From Bigelowiella natans CCMP2755 (lineage: Eukaryota; Protista; Cercozoa), in assembly GCA_000320545.1 (NCBI GenBank), contig ADNK01000140.1, positions 186,001 to 250,000 on the forward strand: a stretch of 64,000 nucleotides of DNA, read 5' to 3'. The notes under the pieces were generated by a model. It was given only the letters and a program-made list of their open reading frames with translations. It ran no database searches and had not been told where the DNA came from. A program made the translations under genes and the position numbers. Positions within the stretch are counted from its first letter, which is position 1. Each line of letters opens with the position of its first letter. Shown one piece after another: positions 21,362 to 32,600 of this stretch.

Positions 21362-22804
21362 ATGCTTAACCGTCTTCATGTCACTCTTCGAAAGGGTACA
21401 GTCGATGAACTGTCTTCTCTCCTTCAAGAACTTGAGAAAACAACCCCTTCCATAGACAATTACCTTCCAGAAAAGATGCGCGAAAAGGTGAAACTTGATG
21501 AGACCAAGACCTCGAATAAGCGGGGAATACAAGAACGGGAAGTGAAACAGGAAGGCAACATTAAAACCTCAGATATCACTCTTATCTCTCACGCACATGG
21601 TCGCCAGCGAAGGCAGGAACGCGGGATCAGACGTAAGGATCTACAAGCAGCAATCAAACATGGAAGAAAGGAAGAAGCAAATCCAGGGCCGAAGGGCCAA
21701 CTTCGATGGAAATATACACATAGAGGAGTTGTATTCATAACGGATGAGTCAAGTAAGAATGAAATTACATCATGGCGCTTGGATGATGAGGACAGTATGG
21801 TGTTTGATGGACACTTTGAGTCCTGTACAGGGACTTATTCAAGCCATACCGTAATCGTTGTAGATCATAGTGGAAGCATGCGAAGGGGCGATGTACCTGG
21901 ATATAAATCTCGAACAGAGGCTGTCTATGATTGCCTTATAACAGAGTTTCTTAAGCCCCAACTGGAATTAAAAGTTGCACAGGAATCCGAAGCCGTTGTG
22001 TCCTTAATCCAGATGTCGAAGAAAGCGCACGTTGTGTTGGAACGCACGCCTTTGAAGGACAGTTTGCTCGGAGTATTAGAGAAGTTGAAGAGAACTAGAG
22101 CTAGATCTCACGGAAACTATATTCCTGCTCTGGATAAGGTGCTGGAGGTCCTTTCTCCAGATTATCACAAACCCACCCGCCTTTATCTCGTCTTCCTCAG
22201 CGATGGAGCACCTAGCGATCACACCTTTGAAGAATGTGTAGATGGAGTCAAAGTGTGGCAAGTTGAAGAGTGGGAAGCATCATACCATTGTGACGACGTC
22301 ATAGCTTGCCGCCGTGCTGTCAAGAAATATGTTGAAGATGAGGTTTTGAAACGAGTTCGAAAGCTTGGGGATTACTTTGGAAGAGACAGGATGATGATTG
22401 GGACGGTAGCTTTTGGCCCTCCAAATTTAAATTACAGGATGCTGAAGCAAATGGCAAACGAACTTCCCCGCGGATCCTTTCAAAAGCTTGGCTTACAGGT
22501 TGGCGGTTTAAAAACAGCTCTCACATCCCTCACAACCTCCCTGACAACGCTGCGCACTGAAGGCTCGTCAGGTCTCACAGACAGGAACAAGAAGGTGGAT
22601 CAAAAAGCGAAAATTGATCTGGCAAAAAGCAATGGATTGTTTAGAGAAGATGGGTGGTATTGTCATCATAAATGTCATCGTCTTGAACTTACAGACACGC
22701 GTAAGACAATTACTAAACCCAGGGAGGAGCTTGGAATAGCTGCATACTATACGCCTTTTGCAGGAGGGGTGGAGAGATATGTGTACTATGCGGCAGCAAT
22801 TTAA
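21362..22804 (+). CDS. DUF4258-like domain + von Willebrand factor A domain + N-terminal fragment of an alpha-kinase; possibly 3'-truncated
   Basis: 480-aa intronless ORF. SHAHGRQRRQERGIRRKDLQAAIKHG...WKYTHRGVVFITD...EITSW is DUF4258-like. vWA MIDAS motifs are HTVIVVDHSGSM and LVFLSDGAP. It ends in PFAGGVERYVY, which resembles alpha-kinase subdomain I (FAxGxxRxAY). Confidence 0.7.
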   Translation: MLNRLHVTLRKGTVDELSSLLQELEKTTPSIDNYLPEKMREKVKLDETKTSNKRGIQEREVKQEGNIKTSDITLISHAHGRQRRQERGIRRKDLQAAIKHGRKEEANPGPKGQLRWKYTHRGVVFITDESSKNEITSWRLDDEDSMVFDGHFESCTGTYSSHTVIVVDHSGSMRRGDVPGYKSRTEAVYDCLITEFLKPQLELKVAQESEAVVSLIQMSKKAHVVLERTPLKDSLLGVLEKLKRTRARSHGNYIPALDKVLEVLSPDYHKPTRLYLVFLSDGAPSDHTFEECVDGVKVWQVEEWEASYHCDDVIACRRAVKKYVEDEVLKRVRKLGDYFGRDRMMIGTVAFGPPNLNYRMLKQMANELPRGSFQKLGLQVGGLKTALTSLTTSLTTLRTEGSSGLTDRNKKVDQKAKIDLAKSNGLFREDGWYCHHKCHRLELTDTRKTITKPREELGIAAYYTPFAGGVERYVYYAAAI

Positions 22805-23336
22805 ATTACACTTCCTCTCTAGCTAGCTAGCTCTATTTTTCATCAGACTCATTGTACAGCGCAGCAAGCATGTTCATTGTCCTAAATACAGTAGCCTACA
22901 TGTTTAAGTGCAATCTAATTAAATTCAATGCAGTGCGAGTTAATCTAGCATTGTGTCGCATGATGTAATCTGCAGAGCAAACAAATTCGAACTAGACGGT
23001 TGGAGGTAGAGACTACTCGTCGTTGTCTCTGAGATTCTTAAAGATGCACGAATCAGCATGGGAACATTTGGACGCGGTGCAGCAGGTGTAGGCATGTCGC
23101 GCTTCTTGTTGTAATTGCAATGCTGTCAAATCTTGGCTTCTGCTTGTAACTACCACATTTAAAAGATCCATGATGCTATGGTGTATCTTGAGAGATCATT
23201 GGTTATGAGCCATGAACATCCTCACTGTTTCCATTGTTCACATATGATTGCAAATGAATCAGAAGCGGTGTTGTTTTGTAACATGTACCAGGAAAATGAA
23301 TAGACAGAAATTTGTTGTCAAGAGTTAAAGTGCTTT

Positions 23337-24187
23337 TTAAATGATGACATCATCTATTGAGTACATTGTTCCGATGATGTTAAACACCCCCATTGCTACG
23401 ATGAAAATACTTAATACTTGTAAATTTTTGTTTTCTACACAAGTACTCCCACTCCTTGGAAGCACAGCAAAAAAACGCGTAGCATTCAGAATGCCAATAT
23501 TTATCGTTATAATAGAATCGATGACGACAAAAAATTTCGGCTGCATCTTCGCTGATAACTGGGTAAGTGAGACCCACGTGCACAAGCAATAAGTACACGC
23601 TAATGATAAGATTATGATTCCGGAAACTAAGATCAACCCAATGGAGAATTTCTCACAGCTGTCTTTCCACATCTGGAGTATTGTGAGTTGGAACAAATCA
23701 CTTGTTCATTTTTAAAAAATATCGTTAGAATGATATGTGCATCGCCTAATCATAAGAGAGGGATAAGTGTGCATCGTATTATCGTATTCACCTTTCCTCC
23801 TTCGATGAACAAGCTCAACGCGATACACATCCTCCAAACGAACCCAATAAGTTGGATGAATAGTGGAATCCACAAGGAAGTGCTTCGCTTAAGAGTTACA
23901 TTCTGCCGGCCTCTGTCGAATTGAAACTGTTATGCCTTCTCGAATCACAATTGAACATTAATTCATCAAAATAAAACGAGCAATATAAGGCAATATCACT
24001 TAAAATCTGATCTGTCTAAATGGAGTAGAAACCCTCTCAACTTGTAGCCATTTGCTGTTTCGGATGGCACGCCGACTACTGGAAGTTTTCTAACAGGCTG
24101 TAAATATTCCTTCAACATGATGACCGACATAGAAGCCAGTAAGAATGATGTCATTGGTCCAACAAATATGAAGAGTTTCCATGACAC
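23337..24187 (-). CDS. Multi-pass membrane protein of unknown function, multi-exon; boundaries approximate
   Basis: Hydrophobic minus-strand ORFs 23996-24187 and 23337-23696, plus an intervening exon (LWIPLFIQLIGFVWRMCIALSLFI); several TM-length helices. Confidence 0.45.
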
Positions 24188-25029
24188 TAATTGGAAACAT
24201 TTACACGAATAAGGAGCCTGACTAAATAATCAAGGAGTTTGTTGAGATAGTCAAGGAAAAACTCTAATTACTTTGACCATTTAGATCTCTGAGGCTCATA
24301 GAAGGATACGACTTCGTATGTCCTGGCTGCTGACTTTTCGTGGATGAGCTAGCTGTTGATTTTGAATTTATTGCGCCTGCACCAACCCCATTTGGAATGA
24401 ATTTGACCTTGCCATATCGAACCTTTTTATCACATCAAAATCATTACTGTTCGTTCCACTCTACATAATTATCAATCATGTAATATCTCCATGTGCTGTT
24501 CCATGTGCACCCAAACGATTGGCGATCGACATGTATTTTTTCATTGTACCTCACTGAGGTTCTGGGAAAACCCTTTTTCTGTCCGAGCTTCTAAAGGCTC
24601 CAGAATTCCAGTTTGCAATGCTAGTGTGGACTGGACAGCGAGGCCTGCGAGGAGAACCCACTTCACGGAGCACTGCATCTGAGGTAGCACTTTGGATTCA
24701 TTTTTTGTGCCGGCTTTGCGACAATCGTATTGATGTTGTCGCAACTGGAAAACGCATGCCGAACAACAAGCACCACAAACAACAACACAAACAACAAACG
24801 ATGATGACATGGACAGCCGGGAGCTGATTTTCTGACTTTCAGTTGCAGCATCGACGAGTAAGCGCTGGTTGTCTGAGTTGTCGCTGGGTAATAATGCAGG
24901 CAAATTGTTCCATTTAAGTATTCTCTGAGTAGTGGACAGACAGACAGACAAAAGAGTCAGCTCATTAACCACCATCCCCTGCAGACATCCGTGTGCACAT
25001 CCAAGCGTAGTCGAGTAAGAGGAGGAGTC

Positions 25030-25635
25030 ATGGCTGACAAAGCTGAGGAGAACGGGGTTGAACTAGCTAGTGATACCCAGATTAATAACAAAGAGGCTTC
25101 GAACGATATCATAGAAGCAGAGAATGCAGGACAAAGATCGACAGAGGGAAAAACAAGAAGACGCGGAAGGGTAAAACACATTCACATGTCATTTAGGACA
25201 GGATCCACATTGCAGAAAAAAAAATAACAGGTGCATGAAGAATCAATTTAACACAATATCGTGTATCGATTATCAAATATGATATTTGTTTCAAGGAATA
25301 TTTCGTTACATTAGGGTCGGAAGAAGGACTTGACATTGAGAGATGATGGCATAGCTTCGAAAAGAGATGAGATTAGAAAACTCGCAAATTTATCTTTGCT
25401 GAGACGTACAAAGATGGTCGAACCTACGGAAGAGGAGGAAACTCTGTTCGAGAAAGTTAGAGAGGAAATTTTCAAGTCGAAAGGGAAATTGCAACCTAAA
25501 TCTAACGTGTCATCGGTTCAATCCGGAGAAGAATCAAAATATGGGACACTTCCTGTAGCAACTGCTCGTAGAGTCACTGTCCCTCATAAACATTCAGAAA
25601 CAGTAAGTTTGCCAAATATGAAAAAGGATACATGA
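25030..25635 (+). CDS. Small two-exon hypothetical protein
   Basis: ATG at 25030 (MADKAEENG...). A GT-AG intron at 25171-25314 joins in frame to GRKKDLTLRDDGIASKRDEIRKLANL...; stop at 25635. Confidence 0.55.
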
Positions 25636-26205
25636 GTCTCATGATGCTTACATGAAATCGAAATTCACAAATATCAAATTAGAAAAGGTTTTTAAATATT
25701 TAAATAGCTAGATGGAAATCGAATGGTTCATTCCACGCGATATAGTGCATTAGATGGAATGATTATGGCGACATGTCTAGATGTGTCATAGGATCGGATG
25801 CGCTGAACATGTGAACCTGCTTCCAACATGTTGCAACTTCTCATGCGATTCTACATTTAGCGACATCTCCTAGCTCTTTAAAAACTAAAGATTTTCACAG
25901 TCTGCTATCATGCGCTTGTAGCGCTCGATCCATCTACGACGTGCATGCTTGGCGGGCAGCATCGGACATTTTGTATACGCTGTGCGTATCTAGGCATGTC
26001 TAGATGTCATGTGCGAATCGTGATGCACATGTCTAGCTAGCTAGACATGCTGTGCTAGCGCATGCGTCTAGAAATGTCTAGATGTGCTAGGGCGTGCTCA
26101 CAAGTCTGGACAGGAAGTGGTGCCACAGCGCCAATGCATGCATGCACTTGGCAAGGCACGTCGACACGATGCATGCATGCTACACTAGTACATGCTACGC
26201 AACGT

Positions 26206-29200
26206 CTACCATTGTAGTCTAGGGCGTGAGTGCATGTGGCGTTCAAATTTGACACACAACGTGCATGGCGCACATTCGTTCCGCTGCAGAAGGGTGACGT
26301 TCAATTTCTTCCTCCGTACTTTGAAGGCAATCAGGATATGTACATCTAGACATGGTCAAGCAAATTGATTTGCATCTTTCTTTGCTTGTGAAATGTCAAC
26401 TGTCATGCACAAGTTCATTGCATGCATGTGAAATCACAGCATGGCACGATGCACAAAAGAGATGAAGAGTGGTGTGTGACAGCTGTGAGTGACACATGTT
26501 TACACACATGCATGAGCTTTTAGGACATACATTATGTGTAGTTGCAGCTGAATCATCAGAATGCAAAATTTTCTACTATGGGCTTGCCTGACTTTGCCGT
26601 GTGGTGATATGTCATAGCATATCTATACATCTGAGACCCAAGGAGAGAGAGATTGAACTATGTGTAAACAGTATAAAAACACAATCACAACTAAACAACC
26701 ATGCATGCATGTGGAAGAACGGAGAATCTCGTCTAGGTCTTTCCCACAAAAATGTGCCTTGATTGGGTTTGAGATAGAGTGGAGACTGGGGAGATTTTCT
26801 TTATATTTAACAGTGTGTGCGAGAATATAGCAGCTATTCAACCTGCATTGAGTATCTTTTCCCCTCTATCTCGGGAAGCTTGAACTTGACCCGCCAGTAG
26901 GTTTGGTTCGATGATGCCTCTGTTTTCACTCTCCGCAGCGACTCCACCTCCACGCAATGTGATGGAAGAGGTGTGGATTTAACATGCCAACCCCTGTACA
27001 CAGTGTTCATTTTGCAACAATGATACGCGTAAGATCACTGATTGATATGTTCTTTTATATATACACACACATATACATATAGGTATATGGATAATTCACA
27101 TTGCTTCACGTGCAGAGTATACTATTCAAGCATGCATACATACTCAGTGTTTGACGTGTCTATGTGTCGAAAGAAAAGGTTAGTTATGCCACACACATAT
27201 ATTCCTTTTCTCACGTATAATTGTTCTAAGACTGAATTACTCGAAGCAGGCGCCTTGGATATTCCATTCCTTGCGGCTACGCAAGTCGAACGTGACGTTA
27301 AATGACTCCTTTGTGATCCTGCGAATCTGGAGCTCAGCAGTTATGCAGCGCCCATACTGGTCCATGTCAAGATCACCGTTTCTTTTCGTGATAGCTTTGT
27401 GCATTTTCTTCTTCTTTTCCGGGTCCTGGATATCAAACAGGAAGGTCTGGCCCGCCGCTTCACTCGATTTGAGTGCTTTCACTTCCAGCCTTTCCTTCCT
27501 CCTACGCAGCCCCGTAAATTCCAGGGCTCGTATGAATCTTCCACCAATCTCGAAGTGGGTAGCAAAAGTCCCTGATCGATCAATCAGCACCTTACACGTG
27601 AACCGCTTCTTCGCAGCAGCGAATTCTTTGCTACTCCTCTCCTTCAGAAAGCTCCAAAACACGTTGCTGACGTACGCTACCCGAGTCACCTCCGGCGGGG
27701 TGTAGATATTGATAACGAATGGGCTCCTACTGAAGTGAAAGCAACCGGACGGCTCTGCGATCAATGTGTTGCGAATAATACCGCGAACCTTCTCTTCTAA
27801 GCTTTTCTGCTCCTTCACAAAGCCAAGGCAGAGATTGTGGTCCATGTGTTTCTCGAACACACCCGTCTCTGCTTCGATTCGAATCGTGAAGAGCCGCGCG
27901 AACTTGTACGTGCTGGCCGCCACTCTTCGAGAATACACCTGTGAAAAAGTATTACATTAATTACTTTTACTTTGGGAGCCATGTTGTAAGGTTTTGGCAA
28001 CATATGTAGCGACAAGAATGAATTGATCGATTTGCACTGAAATAGTATCATTTCTGTTTCACGGTTGCATTTGTATTTATCGTCTATCGCACCGCGAGGT
28101 CGTACTCTCCCTCATAAGGAAAAACAGCTTTAAGCCATGACATAGCCTCCCCGCTCTCTGTCTTTTCCAGCACGGCCAATGATTTGCTGACTGTCACGCA
28201 CCCAGAATAGTTTGTACCTCCTACCCTAGCAACAAGCTTAGCATCGATTTCGGTAGGATAGTTGCAAGCGATTAAGTACTCCAACTTCATTTTTTCCTGC
28301 TTGACTAATTTACGAAATTGACTCGGATTAAAAAATAACTGGCCCTTAATGAATTCCGTGGACACCACAGGATACTCCCAGAAGGTCTAATTCATTCATT
28401 TAGTTGCATTAAAAAAGTGCAAGGAAGGAAGGAACGTAGCAGGAAGTTAATGAGACTCAGTATCATTAAACAGAGCTGCTGAAGTGAAATGAGTTGTGCA
28501 CCTTCTTGTCGACATGCGGTAGCAACATTTGAAGTTTTTCCATATCCTGAATGAATGAAAACCAAATTTTAAATAAGAATTATTCTGTATAGGACATCAG
28601 CTCCTCTCCAATAGAGGTCATATTTCCTCTTCTCCAGCTCCCTTCATCTGTCTTTGATAATCCAACACATTTTTGTTTTTTCTGCTGGCTGTCAGAACTT
28701 CTTACTTTCAATTCCATCACAAGCTCTGGTGGACCAAGAGCCTTGATCGGCATATGCTGCCAGACAAATTGCTGCGGGTGTGTGAACAAATAGGCGTCGT
28801 TGAAGATCATGATTGTGTCCTCCTGTGAGACATATTAAAGAGGGTTTTTTTTAAAAAAAATAATATCGAAGCAATTTTGACGAAGGCGCATCAGATCCAT
28901 GTACAGCAACAAACCTGCCACGACCCAGAGCACATTGAGACGTCCACAAAACGCCAACTCCCATCCGAAGGCATACGCACGATATTCCAGCAGTGATTAA
29001 TCTCCGGGCGAGAGTCATTGCTTTGAGGAATATTCTTCTGGTGCCGTCCGTAGCCATAAACGATCAGAGAAGGGATATTAACCTCCTGCAGCATCGCTGT
29101 CAGCATCACCGCGAATTCTGGTTGCGTGTCATTGTTCGTTAGTTAGAATGTAGAGGTTGTAAGGCGAGCAGCACGGCTGCTCACACAGTACAGCGCTTAA

Positions 29201-31252
29201 AATTGCGCTCAGATTCACGTGAATACGACAGCAGCACAAATGACTACTTGAATGTAGGGGAATAAGGAGGGAACGAGGAGCATTGTAGGGTGCGACGACA
29301 CTATGTCAAAACGTTAGCAAAGATAGTCTATATGGTAATACTGCACAGCCATGTTTACCGTAGGAGTTTGCAACTCCCTTTTCCAGAAATTTGTCTGCTC
29401 TCTTTAAGATATCCTTATGATCATATGTACGTGGATCAGGCATTCTGAAGGTAGTGTTTCCACCAACGAAGTTACATAGCCATCGAACACAGCCTCGTAC
29501 TAAACCATCCGACTGCAGCTTCAAAGCCAAGGTCTGAGAATCGTTGTGTAGAGGTGATCATCGAATGATAGCAATGTTGTCAAATATAAAAACGACAGTT
29601 AAGAATTTTTGAACAAAAAAAGTTTGGAAATGGACAGGTAACGAAGGTAGGAAACAGCAGCTGGATGCTTTCAGTAGCCACCTACGAACCAATCAACTGA
29701 TTCTACCTTGGCGACGACGCCGATTCTCTTTTTGATTGTGTCCCTCGCAACCGATACAGCATACAGATCTGCGACCTTGCTCCCTATTGCCGCGTGTCGC
29801 TTAGTCCACTCCCAAACCGCTGAGCTGAGGACTCCACAATTTTCATTGTATGTTTCCGGCTCGAGGAATCGCTCGGAATCGAAAATCTGCAGGTCAAAGT
29901 GTCGCATATCACTCTCGCCATTCCGTTCTCGAGAGTTGTTCAAATTCATAGAACTCTGACTGACGGCAGAGGAAGATGAGTCCCTCGAAGATCTTCTCAG
30001 TGTGCCTGTTTGAATCAGACTGGAACGCCTCCTCGACGACGGTGTCGGGCTAGCCCTCCTATAGCTGTCCGCAGACCGTGGGGAGAAGCTGGAAAGTAGA
30101 GTCGGTGAGAGCCTCTTCATTTCCGGATTTGCGCTTGACTGGTCGGGGTCTTCCCTTCGGAAATTGATCTCAGATTGACTTGTAGTGATCGGCTCGGAAA
30201 CCTCTATCTTGTCAGCAGTCCTACTCGAATAGCTAGATTTCTTCGAATTACTATATTTTCTTGTCGCCCAGCGATGTACCGCAGACAGAATGCCCTTAGC
30301 TTTTGGAGGCGGGGATCTGGGATGTAGTGGTGAAGGGTAGTGGTAAGGCAGGAGAGAAGGTGCAAACATACGTGCGTTGGGATACAACTCATCTTCGAAA
30401 CACTGTCGAGAGAAAGCTTCTTCAAAAATAAATTTTACACATTTTTTAAAAATAAAATCGTGACACCTTTCCGGCTTTGGTCGGCTGAATCGATCAGAAC
30501 GGCCCAGTGAGCTGTTTAATGCTGCACCTGTTGACCGAGAGCGGATGGACGAAGAACCTAAATCTACCTGCAACTCTCGGCCTCTCGATCGCAAGCTGCT
30601 ACCTTGCTTCCTCGAGTTATAGGAAGTTTCGGACGATAAAAGTTTTGACTCCCACAATCCGCCGTTCTGAGGTTGGCTAACTTTAACGGGGACTTGGCGC
30701 CCTACTGAGCGCCCTGTTCGCATTTTACGGCTGCGAATCTGCGACGAAGATGTGGAGGCCATGTAGCCTGGGCTAGGACTCGCCATTCGTTGAGCGTTTG
30801 TTGTCAGACTTCGGCGGCGAACAGGGGTTGGTGTTTTTGAAATTATTCGTATTCTCCTGAAAGCCGGAACCAGTCCTCTTCCTGGCAACAAAACACGCAA
30901 TACATGTAAATCCCTCCAGGGAAAACAATACGACGAAGATCTCACTTTCCCCATTTTCTTCTCGTTGCATGATTTCTTTACAGGCTACGAGCAACAGTGC
31001 AACGGTGCAGCACGAGGGATTTTGGATCGGAGCAATGTCAGCCTACTGACCTCGGTGTGCATTTTCTTCAGTCGCACTGCGTCTTCGTACCGATAGCATT
31101 TCGTCCTCTAATCCTTCCATAGATTCCTTTGGCCGGCTCGCCCTTATGCGTGGTTGATAAGAGGAGGCTGATTTCGGGGGCATTTGGGATTTAATTCTCG
31201 GAAGTTTCTTTTGAGAATGAGGTGGTAATCCAGCCCCAGCCCGATTAAACAT
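26206..31252 (-). CDS. KY/Cyk3/hillarin-like transglutaminase-fold protein with a Ser/Arg-rich N-terminus, multi-exon; 3' end approximate
   Basis: Exons encode VRGCVRWLCNFV, FLEKGVANSY/EFAVMLTAMLQEVNIPSLIVYGYGR, NHCWNIVRMPSDGSWRFVDVSMCSG (the HxWN...W..VD motif) and FNDAYLFTHPQQFVWQHMP (KY-type YFLTxPxxFIxxHxP). Long exons at 29671-30954 and 27237-27938. Confidence 0.75.
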
Positions 31253-31307
31253 ATTGCTGCCTTTAAAGGTACATACGTCCGTTATTGTTTCCAATAGTAT
31301 TTGTATG

Positions 31308-31351
<44 letters not shown>

Positions 31352-32235
31352 GAAGTTGTGTGTGTGTTAGTTTCGGGTGGGGAGTGTTTTCATTGATGTG
31401 CGAATGTTACATTTATATATACTTAGTAGACATATTCAAAACCAAGCATAACTAGTTATTCCCACTTATGACTAACTGCGATGAAGCTTCTCATTCGATA
31501 TTTTGCTACAAAAACGGCAAATTCGAACCTAATGTGTCGGATCTCCGTGGAACCACTTCCTCACCTTGGTTGCTGTGCGCCTCCCACGGTGTAGGATTGA
31601 AGAGTGGGAAAAGATTAATGGGTGAGCTTGCGCGATGTAGTACCGGTCCTCGTGCACTAGCCGCCACCTCTCTGTGTTACTCTCCTCTCTCTTACCCTCT
31701 CTCTCTCGTTTCCTCTCCTTCTCTGATCTGTGGATCTTTGTAACGTTGGTGCAGCAGCTTGGAGTTGGTTCTCGGCTATCGGTGCGACATGCTGATATTT
31801 TCAGACTTAAACGGGCCAAAATTGATTCGTAAGTTCATCCCATTTATTGCATAATCATCGTTTTAATGACAAAGTCTCCACTAAAATGTTCGGTGTTGTG
31901 GAACTACCTCCAAGGAACTGGAAAGATGAAAATTTTCCTAGAAAGATGTGGTTAGGGGATTGTCGTAACATTGAAAACAGTGCAATTCCCTTGATATTCT
32001 CTTTTTATGAACACACTCGGTGCGACTTCTGATCGTTTCTGCTTGTGACACTGGGAACGTGTTTCCACTTCCTTTCGGCTCGTGTGCACTCAAGTGTGAT
32101 CCATTTTCAAGCCAGTTCGAGTCCTTGCAACGAGTGTTGTTGAGGCTCTGCTGCATGCAAACGCCTGTCTCCCATGTGGTTCTGGCGCATGTGGATTTGA
32201 TCAACGCTTTTTTCATTGTTTCATTGTCTCATTGT

Positions 32236-32561
32236 TGTAGCGCGTACCACTACGCGGGCACAAGTCACGTGCGACAACAAAGGGGTTGTCGCGGATATAG
32301 AATATAGATAACGTAGATATTAATACAGCATAGGCACGTGGGTTCCGGCGGGACTCATGGCAGCACACCGGAAGTGTGCTGCCCCACGTGCGGCGGCATT
32401 CGCGAAAGCTTCGCGAATGATTACGCAGTGCACGATTTAATAAAAATATAATCTTTAATAAAAATAAACACAACTCTTCAAAAGGAAGCAAACGTGCCTT
32501 TCCCCCCCCCTGCCTACTTGTGCACGTAGCGCCTCGGCCTGTGAACACCTTACGCGCAACA
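32236..32561 (+). repeat. 5' LTR (326 bp)
   Basis: TG...CA termini. Reads as identical to the 3' LTR, and the antisense shadow ORFs of the two copies translate identically. AT-rich core with AATAAA motifs at ~32438-32468. Confidence 0.97.
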
Positions 32562-32566
32562 ACCTT

Positions 32567-32589
32567 TGGCTTCCACACACGGGAAACGA
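32567..32589 (+). promoter_or_regulatory. Putative primer-binding site
   Basis: TGGCTTCCACACACGGGAAACGA begins 5 nt after the LTR. Its reverse complement, TCGTTTCCCGTGTGTGGAAGCCA, looks like a tRNA 3' end (T-loop remnant to CCA). Isoacceptor not assignable, perhaps Glu/Asp-like. Confidence 0.7.
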
Positions 32590-32600
32590 TTTGACTAACA

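Noticed and set aside
32213-32578. Antisense ORFs over both LTRs (also 37579-38022)
   Set aside because: Shadow frames of the LTR with no protein motifs; useful only as evidence that the LTRs are identical.
32567-32589. tRNA gene
   Set aside because: Only ~23 nt complementary to a tRNA 3' end and no cloverleaf; interpreted as the PBS.
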